Source: a virus
Lineage: Duplodnaviria > Heunggongvirae > Uroviricota > Caudoviricetes
Direction: 5' to 3' (one strand)
Virus record (IMG/VR): IMGVR_UViG_2563366824_000009
DNA length: 30,634 bases
The position numbers were made by a program, and so were the translations under genes. Of the stretch, positions 16,677 to 24,268 are shown piece after piece. Under the pieces are notes generated by a model, which saw only the letters and a program-made list of their open reading frames with translations, searched no databases and was not told the origin of the DNA. Every line of letters starts with the position of its first letter. Within the stretch, counting starts at the first letter, position 1.

Positions 16677-17106
16677 CGCCGTGCCGCAGCTCCGAAATAA
16701 TCCCGATATGCTGCGCCTTTTTGCCGACAACGGCCATACCGATTCCCGACTGGCGAGCTCGCTGTCGTTTGAAAAGGTGTACGTGCTTAACGTGGTGGTG
16801 ACCGACTTCACCGGTGACCTTGATTTGATATTCGTGCCGGTGCAGGCGTGGCTGCGTGAACATCAGCCGGACATTATGACCACCGACGACGGGCGGGAAA
16901 AAGGATTCACCTGGATTATTGATATCAATAACGACGATTCGCTCGATATCAGTATCAGCCTGAGGCTCACCGAGCGCACACTCGTCAAAGAGGTCGACGG
17001 CGCGCTGCACGTCAGCTATGCCCCTGAGCCGCCACTGCCTGAGCCGGTGACGCGCCCGGTCGAGCTGTACGTTAACGGCGAACTGGTGAGTAAGTGGGAT
17101 GAGTGA
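16639..17106 (+). CDS. R: Tail completion protein R (P2 gpR family)
   Basis: 155 aa from ATG 16639, same as P2 R; the ORF-track start at 16630 is an alternative. Confidence 0.8.
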   Translation: MQKHKSLRKALINAVPQLRNNPDMLRLFADNGHTDSRLASSLSFEKVYVLNVVVTDFTGDLDLIFVPVQAWLREHQPDIMTTDDGREKGFTWIIDINNDDSLDISISLRLTERTLVKEVDGALHVSYAPEPPLPEPVTRPVELYVNGELVSKWDE

Positions 17107-17545
17107 ATTAACCGTGCTGCAGGAACGCCTTGCCGGTCTGATTGCCAGCCTGTCACCGGCGGCACGTCGGCAAATGGCGGCTGAGATTGCGAAAAAGCTG
17201 CGTACCAGTCAGCAACAGCGTATCAAGCGCCAGCAGGCACCCGACGGCACCCCGTATGCGGCACGAAAGCGCCAGCCGGTGCGGAGCAAGAAAGGTCGGA
17301 TTAAACGTGAAATGTTCGCCAAACTGCGCACCAGTCGCTTTATGAAAGCCAAAGGCAGCGACAGTGCGGCGGTGGTGGAGTTTACCGGCAAGGTGCAGCG
17401 CATGGCGCGGGTTCATCAGTACGGCCTCAAAGACCGGCCAAACCGTAACAGCCGGGATGTGCAGTACGAGGCGCGCCCGTTGCTCGGTTTCAATAGTATA
17501 GATATGAGAATTATTGAGCGGTTAATAATTGGGGCTTTGGATTAA
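17099..17545 (+). CDS. S: Tail completion protein S (P2 gpS family), C-terminal approx 17 aa encoded by AT-rich inserted DNA
   Basis: 148 aa; conserved body, then divergent AT-rich-encoded tail NSIDMRIIERLIIGALD. Confidence 0.85.
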   Translation: MSELTVLQERLAGLIASLSPAARRQMAAEIAKKLRTSQQQRIKRQQAPDGTPYAARKRQPVRSKKGRIKREMFAKLRTSRFMKAKGSDSAAVVEFTGKVQRMARVHQYGLKDRPNRNSRDVQYEARPLLGFNSIDMRIIERLIIGALD

Positions 17546-17573
17546 TTATGATCTAATATATTATTTTGTGATG

Positions 17574-17602
17574 AGGCTGGATAAACACCAGCCTTGATTT
17601 TA
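17574..17602 (+). terminator. Hairpin (AGGCTGG / CCAGCCT, 7-nt loop) followed by T-rich run; shared 3' end of S and the convergent cassette
   Basis: Stem 17574..17580 with 17588..17594, then TGATTTTAT. Confidence 0.4.
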
Positions 17603-18244
17603 TAGTTTGAAATCTGCGTAATTATCAATAACCTCTAGAACACCGCTGATGTTGTTATCTCTGCGCCAATTCCAATTGCCATGTATCAAATTTGCATTAG
17701 AATAAAGATATCTAAGGAACTGAGATGGTAAGAGTGGTTTGTTGCATAAAAATTCATCATAACTATTACTCATATACCACACATATCCATTTTTAATGTC
17801 AAAACTTAAATTCTCACCTTCAATTTTCTTAAAGTTAATTTCTTTATTTAGAGCATTTTCAAACTCTTGCGTATAATAAACACAGTGTATATGAGCGTGA
17901 GAAATGCACCCTCCCGAACGATCTATATTTTCACCTGCTCCGCTTTCAAAGAAAATTAGAGATCTACCAGATTGGTGGATTATAAATTCATTAAGTTCTC
18001 GCAGAATCTCCTTGCCATTACTCCGGGTATCTCGATCAAGAGCAGCAAAGGAGTTGATATGCCGCTTAGGAATCAGCATCACATGCGAATTATTTAGCGG
18101 GCCAATACTAGGTACAATTAGAAAATCATTTGTTTCTGCAATGATATTTTTCTTGTCATTTACGATTTCATCGTATCCTTTGATAAGGCTAATGCCATTT
18201 ATTTCATCGCATATTCCACAGAACGAATTACAAGAATTATTCAC
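17600..18244 (-). CDS. HIT (histidine-triad) family protein with N-terminal Cys cluster and about 90-aa C-terminal extension; cargo gene
   Basis: 214 aa; GTG start with AGGAGA SD 8 nt upstream; C-x3-C-x2-C near N-terminus; HIT-like HVMLIPKRH and canonical H-phi-H-phi-H-phi-phi motif HAHIHCV (nt 17885..17899); AT-rich. Confidence 0.7.
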   Translation of the reverse strand: MNNSCNSFCGICDEINGISLIKGYDEIVNDKKNIIAETNDFLIVPSIGPLNNSHVMLIPKRHINSFAALDRDTRSNGKEILRELNEFIIHQSGRSLIFFESGAGENIDRSGGCISHAHIHCVYYTQEFENALNKEINFKKIEGENLSFDIKNGYVWYMSNSYDEFLCNKPLLPSQFLRYLYSNANLIHGNWNWRRDNNISGVLEVIDNYADFKL

Positions 18245-18803
18245 GTTTATTGTCTCCTGGTTTTTTAGGGAGCAATTTTTCAGCCCAAGATGCGAGTCGG
18301 CTTAGAACTAAGTCTGAAAAATATCCTAATATAAAACAAATCGAGAATGCAATTTTGGTCTTACCATGCCCTTTAATGGAGGATACAAACGTATCCGGAG
18401 ATAATAGCGTATAAGAACAAAAAGCCACTAAAGCAGCTAAGAACGGAATAAAAATCCTCCAGTAGAACTTATGGGATTCCCAAGGGAAATTATACTGATT
18501 GTTTTTCCCTCTAGCAGTTACTCTATAAAACCATTTTGCATTATACACCCACCCTCCAAAAAAACCGCCAAGAATAGAAAACAAAGATATTTTATTATTA
18601 TATGTCAGCTCAAAAACAAATTGAAAAAGAAAGGCGAGAATGCAACCTATTACAAAAAGAACTATTAAATAAGCAAATTCGAATTTTATTTGTTCACAAT
18701 CGTTATTAAAATAAGGCACAACCTCATCATCGCCTAAGGTTTTTTTTCTTTCAGTCATTTGCCAAACACCTTCATTTTTTACTGTGAGCCAGGGTAATTG
18801 CAT
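18237..18803 (-). CDS. Integral membrane protein (about 4 predicted TM helices), first gene of two-gene cargo operon
   Basis: About 188 aa from ATG 18803 (alternative start at 18761 with AGGTG SD); hydrophobic segments FAYLIVLFVIGCILAFLFQFVF, ISLFSILGGFFGGWVY, YWRIFIPFLAALVAFCSYTLL, KIAFSICFILGYFSDLVL; its stop overlaps the GTG start of the HIT gene. Confidence 0.65.
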   Translation of the reverse strand: MQLPWLTVKNEGVWQMTERKKTLGDDEVVPYFNNDCEQIKFEFAYLIVLFVIGCILAFLFQFVFELTYNNKISLFSILGGFFGGWVYNAKWFYRVTARGKNNQYNFPWESHKFYWRIFIPFLAALVAFCSYTLLSPDTFVSSIKGHGKTKIAFSICFILGYFSDLVLSRLASWAEKLLPKKPGDNKRE

Positions 18804-18934
18804 ATTCAACTTGGCTATTCTAATTAATTCTCACAAGATTTCATAGATGTTGAGTAGACCTCTCAGAAGTTGTTTCATTCCTCACAGAATCCATCTCGAT
18901 TGCCACTAATCTTGCCGGGCGTCATCCTTCCCAT

Positions 18935-19570
18935 ATGAAAAATCTAAATTCTTTGCAAGAAATCGCACGCGCGATCCGAAATCTCATCCGTACCGGCATC
19001 GTTAGCGACGTAGACCTCAAGGAGGGGCTATGTCGTATCCAGACCGGGGGGATGCAAACCACTTGGCTGAACTGGCTGACCACCCGAGCCGGTCGTTCGC
19101 GGACGTGGTGGGCTCCCTCGGTCGGTGAGCAGGTTCTGCTGCTGGCAATCGGTGGCGAGCTTGATACCGCTTTCGTGCTGCCGGGTATTTTCTCCGACGA
19201 TAATCCCGCCCCGTCTGCCTCGGCGGATGCGTGGCATGTGGCTTTCCCTGATGGTGCGGTCATTGAGTACGAGCCCGAAACCGGCGCGCTGACGGTCAGC
19301 GGCATAAAAACGGCCGACGTGACGGCATCGGAGTCCATCACCGCAACCGTACCGCTGGTACTGGTGAAAGCCTCGACCAGTATCACCCTCGACACCCCGG
19401 AGGTGATTTGCACCAATAAGCTAACGACGGCGACGCTTGAGGTGCAGAAAGGCGGCAAGATGAGCGGCAATATCGAACATACCGGCGGGTCACTGTCGTC
19501 TAATGGCAAGGTACTCCACACCCATAAACACCCGGGCGACAGCGGCGGGCAAACGGGGGCACCGTTATGA
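18935..19570 (+). CDS. V: Baseplate spike/assembly protein V (P2 gpV family)
   Basis: 211 aa, same as P2 V; close match to recalled P2 V sequence. Confidence 0.9.
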   Translation: MKNLNSLQEIARAIRNLIRTGIVSDVDLKEGLCRIQTGGMQTTWLNWLTTRAGRSRTWWAPSVGEQVLLLAIGGELDTAFVLPGIFSDDNPAPSASADAWHVAFPDGAVIEYEPETGALTVSGIKTADVTASESITATVPLVLVKASTSITLDTPEVICTNKLTTATLEVQKGGKMSGNIEHTGGSLSSNGKVLHTHKHPGDSGGQTGAPL

Positions 19571-19914
19571 CGGCGCGCTATCAGGGGATGAACCGAAATA
19601 CCGGCCTTGGCATCAGCGATACCGAGCATATCAGCCAGAGCATGCGCGATATTCTGCTGACGCCGGTCGGCTCGCGGGTGATGCGTCGTGAATATGGCTC
19701 GCTTCTGTCGGCGCTGATTGATATGCCGCAAAACCCGGCGCTCAGGCTGCAAATTATGGTGGCGTGCTATTCGGCTATCCAGAAGTGGGAGCCGCGCATC
19801 AGGCTTACATCCATCAGCTTTGAGGCCGGCGACGCTGGCGAGATGTATGTCGATATTACCGGGATGCGTACCGATACCGGTGCGTCAGTTTCAACCACTG
19901 TTTCACTGAGTTAA
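19567..19914 (+). CDS. W: Baseplate wedge protein W (gp25-like)
   Basis: 115 aa; overlapping start with V stop; position. Confidence 0.85.
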   Translation: MTARYQGMNRNTGLGISDTEHISQSMRDILLTPVGSRVMRREYGSLLSALIDMPQNPALRLQIMVACYSAIQKWEPRIRLTSISFEAGDAGEMYVDITGMRTDTGASVSTTVSLS

Positions 19915-19920
19915 ATAACT

Positions 19921-20829
19921 ATGGCAACCGTTGACCTGAGTCAGTTACCCGTTCCCGATGTGGTTGAGGAACTGGACTATGAAACCATCCTTGCGGAACG
20001 CAAAGCGACGCTGATATCGCTCTATCCAGAAGACCAGCAGGAGGCCATTGCCCGGACGCTCACACTTGAGTCAGAGCCGGTTGTTAAGCTGCTGCAGGAA
20101 AACGCCTACCGTGAAGTTATCTGGCGTCAGCGGGTGAACGAAGCCGCGCAGGCGGTGACGCTGGCCTACTCCGCCGGTAACGACCTCGACGTCGTAGCCG
20201 GGAACAATAATACCGAACGCCTGACCATCACCCCGGCGGATGATACCACCATCCCGCCGACACCTGCCGTTATGGAATCTGATACCGACCTGCGACTGCG
20301 CACGCAACAGGCGTTTGAGGGATTGAGCGTGGCGGGTCCGGTCGGTGCATATGAGTATCACGGTCGCAGCGCCGACGGGCGGGTCGCTGACGTTTCGGTC
20401 GCCAGCCCGTCGCCAGCCTGCGTGACGATTACCGTGCTATCGCGTGAGGGTGACGGCACTGCCAGCCCTGAGCTACTGGCGATTGTTGATAAAGCGCTGA
20501 ACGCCGAAGATGTGCGCCCGGTGGCTGACCGGGTGACCGTCCAGTCAGCCGAGATTGTACCGTACCAGATTGACGCGACGATCTACGTTTACCCCGGCCC
20601 CGAATCTGAACCCATCAGGCAGGCGTCAGAGCAGAAGCTGCAGAGCTACATCAGCGCGCAGCACCGCCTCGGGCGTGATATCCGTCTGTCAGCCATTTAT
20701 GCGGCGCTGCATGTTGAGGGGGTGCAGCGTGTCGAGCTGACATCACCGCAGGCCGACATAGTGCTGAGTAAGTCGCAGGCGTCGAACTGTACCGAGTACC
20801 AGATAACTATCGGGGGCTCGGATGAATGA
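19921..20829 (+). CDS. J: Baseplate protein J
   Basis: 302 aa; position and length as P2 J. Confidence 0.9.
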   Translation: MATVDLSQLPVPDVVEELDYETILAERKATLISLYPEDQQEAIARTLTLESEPVVKLLQENAYREVIWRQRVNEAAQAVTLAYSAGNDLDVVAGNNNTERLTITPADDTTIPPTPAVMESDTDLRLRTQQAFEGLSVAGPVGAYEYHGRSADGRVADVSVASPSPACVTITVLSREGDGTASPELLAIVDKALNAEDVRPVADRVTVQSAEIVPYQIDATIYVYPGPESEPIRQASEQKLQSYISAQHRLGRDIRLSAIYAALHVEGVQRVELTSPQADIVLSKSQASNCTEYQITIGGSDE

Positions 20830-21430
20830 CCGGCTATTACCCGTTGGCTCGTCGCCGCTGGAGGTCGCCGCCGCCGCTGCGTTCTCTGAGATTCAGCGCG
20901 TGCCGGTACCGCTGCGCACCCTGTGGAACTGGCGCACCTGCCCGGTAAAGCTGCTGCCGTATCTGGCGTGGGCGCTGTCGGTCGACAGGTGGGATGAGAA
21001 ATGGCCGGAGGCGACAAAGCGCAGCGTCTGCGCGTCCTCGTTTTTCGTCCATCAGCACAAAGGCACCATCAGCGCATTGCGTCGGGTCGTCGAGCCGCTC
21101 GGCTTTCTGATTGAGGTGCGCGAGTGGTGGCAACTCGACGAGGAGCCAGGCACATTCCGCCTCGTTGTTGGCGTCCTCGACAGCGGCATCACTGACGAAA
21201 TGTATCAGGAGCTTGAGCGCCTGATTGAAGACGCCAAACCGGCAAGTCGCCACCTGACCGGGCTGGCTATCAGTCTGAGCTCGACCGGCGAACTGTATGT
21301 CGGCGCGGGATGCTATCACGGCGACGCGCTGACTGTTTACCCCTACACCCCCGAGGAGATTGTCGTCGGCGGTGAATATTACCCGGCCTCGGCCATCCAT
21401 TTGATTGATAACCTGAGAGTAAACGCATGA
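20822..21430 (+). CDS. I: Baseplate/tail protein I
   Basis: 202 aa; LLPVGSSPLE...VPLRTLW...LLPYLAWALSVDRWDE matches recalled P2 I. Confidence 0.85.
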   Translation: MNDRLLPVGSSPLEVAAAAAFSEIQRVPVPLRTLWNWRTCPVKLLPYLAWALSVDRWDEKWPEATKRSVCASSFFVHQHKGTISALRRVVEPLGFLIEVREWWQLDEEPGTFRLVVGVLDSGITDEMYQELERLIEDAKPASRHLTGLAISLSSTGELYVGAGCYHGDALTVYPYTPEEIVVGGEYYPASAIHLIDNLRVNA

Positions 21431-22491
21431 CCGCAAAATATTTTGCCATTCTGACCAATCAGGGCGCGGCGCGGCTGGCGAACGCGGCGGCACTCGGTAC
21501 CAAACTCAACCTGACGCAGATGGCCGTCGGTGATGCGAATGGTTCGTTGCCGACCCCTGAGCCGGCGCAGACGAAGCTCATTAACCAGAAACGCATCGCG
21601 CCGCTGAACCTGCTGACCGTTGACCCGGCCAATACCAGTCAGATTATCGCGGAACAGATTATTCCCGAGAATGAAGGTGGTTTCTGGATCCGCGAGATTG
21701 GTCTCTATGACGATGATGGTATTCTGATTGCCGTGGCGAACTGTCCGGAGACCTACAAGCCACAACTGCAGGAGGGAAGCGGTCGCACGCAGACCATTCG
21801 CATGATTCTGATTGTGTCGAGCACATCGGCAATCACCCTGAAAATCGACCCGGCAGTCGTGCTGGCAACGCGCCAGTATGTCGACGACAAGGTTATCGAG
21901 GTGAAAGGATATGCTGATGACCTGATGAAAAAACATGTTGAGGCCGCCAATCCACACAAGCAGTACCCGTTAATCGCTAATGCTCTGAAAGAAATGGTTG
22001 ACGCGGGACTGGTCGGCGACGTTCTTAAAAACCTTGGTTTGGGAGAAGGTGCTCCAGCTATTGGCGTTCCGTTCTTCTGGCCGTCCGCTGCAATGCCAAA
22101 TACTGTAATCGATAGCTGGTCCAGTATGGTGTTTTTGAAGTTCAACGGGGCGAAATTTTCTGCCTCTGATTACCCTGTGCTGGCAAAAGTGTTTCCTTCG
22201 CTGGTATTACCTGAAGCCCGCGGTGATTTCATTCGTATCTGGGATGATGGGCGAGGGGCGGACAGTGGGCGAGCATTATTAAGCTGGCAGGCAGCAACAG
22301 CTTTATCGCAATTTGGCGGTAATTATCCAGAAGGGTCCGGCCATGCGATTGCTGATTACGATGGAATATCAGCACACCAACCAGGTTTCTCTCGATTTCA
22401 GTACACCAGTAACTCAGTAGGAGATGGTGTTAATTTTATTGCCGTCAGACCACGTAACATTGCATTTAACTTTCTGGTGAGGGCTAAATAA
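21427..22491 (+). CDS. H: Tail fibre protein H; constant N-terminal part plus invertible C-terminal segment (current orientation)
   Basis: 354 aa; crossover site lies inside the gene at 22022..22047; C-terminal variable part downstream. Confidence 0.85.
   Translation: MTAKYFAILTNQGAARLANAAALGTKLNLTQMAVGDANGSLPTPEPAQTKLINQKRIAPLNLLTVDPANTSQIIAEQIIPENEGGFWIREIGLYDDDGILIAVANCPETYKPQLQEGSGRTQTIRMILIVSSTSAITLKIDPAVVLATRQYVDDKVIEVKGYADDLMKKHVEAANPHKQYPLIANALKEMVDAGLVGDVLKNLGLGEGAPAIGVPFFWPSAAMPNTVIDSWSSMVFLKFNGAKFSASDYPVLAKVFPSLVLPEARGDFIRIWDDGRGADSGRALLSWQAATALSQFGGNYPEGSGHAIADYDGISAHQPGFSRFQYTSNSVGDGVNFIAVRPRNIAFNFLVRAK
22022..22047 (+). other. Gin/Hin/Cin-type inversion crossover site (left) TTCTTAAAAACCTTGGTTTGGGAGAA
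   Basis: 26-bp site with hix/gix-like dyad (AAACC-N-GGTTT); inverted partner at 23844..23869 shares 21 of 26 positions. Confidence 0.7.
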
Positions 22492-23084
22492 TGAAACCTG
22501 TTTTTGATGAAAATGGACTGGCTACAGTGCCGGGTGATATGCGTTGTTTTTATTATGATGCAGTAACGTATGAATATACGGGCTGGTCTGATGAATATAT
22601 TAATACTGGTGTAAGTATGCCCGCCTGTTCCACTGGTATTGACCCGGGCGAAAACATTCCGGGAAAAGTGGCAGTATTTACAGGTAAGGGATGGAGCCAT
22701 GAAGAAGACCATCGCAATGAGACTGTTTACTCAATCGAAAATGGTGCTGCTGTTACAGTGGATTATATCGGTGCCATCAAAAACGGTTATGTCACGCTTT
22801 CACCGTTAACGCCATATGATAAATGGGATGGTGAGAAATGGGTGACAGATACTGAGGCACAACACGGTGCCGCAGTAGAAGCGGCAGAAGCACAGCGCCA
22901 GTCACTGATTGATGCAGCAATGGCTTCCATCAGTCTGATTCAGCTGAAATTACAGGCCGGGCGGAAGCTGACGCAGGCAGAAACCACCCGGCTTAACGCC
23001 GTGCTTGATTACATTGACGCGGTGACGGCAACAGATACGAGCACCGCGCCGGATGTCATCTGGCCTGAACTGCCGGAGGCGTAG
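22491..23084 (+). CDS. G: Tail fibre assembly protein (chaperone) for current H variant
   Basis: 197 aa; directly downstream of H; C-terminal ...TAPDVIWPELPEA. Confidence 0.8.
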   Translation: MKPVFDENGLATVPGDMRCFYYDAVTYEYTGWSDEYINTGVSMPACSTGIDPGENIPGKVAVFTGKGWSHEEDHRNETVYSIENGAAVTVDYIGAIKNGYVTLSPLTPYDKWDGEKWVTDTEAQHGAAVEAAEAQRQSLIDAAMASISLIQLKLQAGRKLTQAETTRLNAVLDYIDAVTATDTSTAPDVIWPELPEA

Positions 23085-23496
23085 GCCATTCAATATCTGG
23101 CGCACCGGAAGTATCGACCAGTTCCAGTGCGTCCAGATAATCCAGCCACAAATTATATTGCGCCAGTTCCTCACCTTTCAGGCGACCAATCGCCGCTTTA
23201 CCAGGCCATTGCTTACTGTTTATGTATTCGTTGACCTGATTAATCAATTGCTGCTTTTCCAGTTCGGCTGCGGCAATTTGTTCCTCATGAGTTGGCGGTG
23301 GAATATCAATCCATGCTGGCATTCCGTCGATGACACCTCTGTACTTTCCTTCTGGTGCTTCCTTCATAAATTCAGCGGCAGCAGTGTCGTCAATTTCGAT
23401 TCCATCATCAGGCCATTTCCCCGCTTCCTGATAAGCAATTTTAAGCTCCACAGGGAAAAACGCATTTTTATCAGCACTGAAAATATATTTCTGCAT
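23056..23496 (-). CDS. Alternative tail fibre assembly protein (for inverted orientation)
   Basis: 146 aa, convergent with G and overlapping its 3' end; C-terminus ...SGAPDIEWPTPPAVQAR parallels G C-terminus. Confidence 0.75.
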   Translation of the reverse strand: MQKYIFSADKNAFFPVELKIAYQEAGKWPDDGIEIDDTAAAEFMKEAPEGKYRGVIDGMPAWIDIPPPTHEEQIAAAELEKQQLINQVNEYINSKQWPGKAAIGRLKGEELAQYNLWLDYLDALELVDTSGAPDIEWPTPPAVQAR

Positions 23497-23498
23497 TT

Positions 23499-23852
23499 CT
23501 ACCGTCCTATCGAAATATAACTGAATCTGTATTGTTGAGAGATATCACTGATTGCCACGCGCCACGCTGAATTACTGATATGTTCAAAATTTACAGATAA
23601 AACCAGCGGTGCAGGATTCGACGGTTCTGACTGAACGGCATCAGACATGACACTGACTGAAACAAGCGGTTGATTAGGGAATGGTATAGGGAAGTGTCCA
23701 CTGATAATGCGGGTCGTGTTCCCTGAAAAAGTGCCAAACTGAACAATATATCCACCTGGTAGCCTGAACCATCCCGAGCCAGAAGCGAATGCTCCCATAT
23801 CCGGTATCTGATTTTCCCCTGTCCCCACATTCCTTCTTGCCGCTTCTCCCAA
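23499..23852 (-). CDS. Promoterless alternative tail fibre C-terminal segment (fused to H constant region after inversion)
   Basis: Open frame on minus strand running into the right crossover site; reads in frame with H across the shared GLGE codons; no independent ATG or SD. Confidence 0.7.
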   Translation of the reverse strand: MGEAARRNVGTGENQIPDMGAFASGSGWFRLPGGYIVQFGTFSGNTTRIISGHFPIPFPNQPLVSVSVMSDAVQSEPSNPAPLVLSVNFEHISNSAWRVAISDISQQYRFSYISIGR

Positions 23853-23869
23853 ACCAACCTTTTAGAAAA
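23844..23869 (-). other. Gin/Hin/Cin-type inversion crossover site (right) TTCTCCCAAACCAACCTTTTAGAAAA
   Basis: Reverse complement TTTTCTAAAAGGTTGGTTTGGGAGAA matches the left site over the right half. Confidence 0.7.
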
Positions 23870-23923
23870 TGCAGATATTCCGTTCAGCTGGCATGTTCCC
23901 GACTTTTTACCGGGTTATTTCTC

Positions 23924-24170
23924 ATGTTTATCGGTTATGTACGTGTATCAACAAATGACCAGAACACCGCATTACAGCGAAATGAACTGGAGTGCGCAGG
24001 ATGTGAGCTGATTTTCGAAGATAAAATCAGCGGCAAAACATCAATCAGACTGGCCGGGGCTAAAGAGGTTACTCAGAACCTTGTCAGAGGGCGATACGCT
24101 TGTGGTCTGGAAACTGGATCGCCTCGGGTATCTCAACGCTATACAAACAATTTCCCGCATCCGTTGCTGA
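23924..24170 (+). pseudogene. Serine DNA invertase (Gin/Pin/Hin family) remnant: frameshifted and 3'-truncated
   Basis: MFIGYVRVSTNDQNTALQRNELECAGCELIFEDKISGKTS in frame, then homology (DWPGLKRLL...GDTLVVWKLDRLG) continues in another frame and stops; about 110 C-terminal codons including the DNA-binding domain are absent. Confidence 0.75.
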
Positions 24171-24268
24171 TGTCTCAATGTGTCAGACATCGCCCAACAC
24201 TGACAAATAGCCCCTCAACAGACCAGCCAGGACAATAACACTTGCCCACTAACCACGGAGTTAACCGG

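Noticed and set aside
18922-19752. 276-aa minus-strand ORF antisense to V and W
   Set aside because: Overlaps two conserved baseplate genes on the opposite strand; Ser/Pro/Arg-rich; no SD.
20837-21957. Minus-strand ORFs (218 and 192 aa) antisense to I and H
   Set aside because: Same reasoning: GC-rich antisense frames within syntenic tail genes.
23789-24238. 149-aa ORF in the G-to-FI interval as an intact gene
   Set aside because: Only residues 46 to about 85 match a serine invertase; the remainder is out-of-frame read-through after a frameshift, so it is annotated as a pseudogene.
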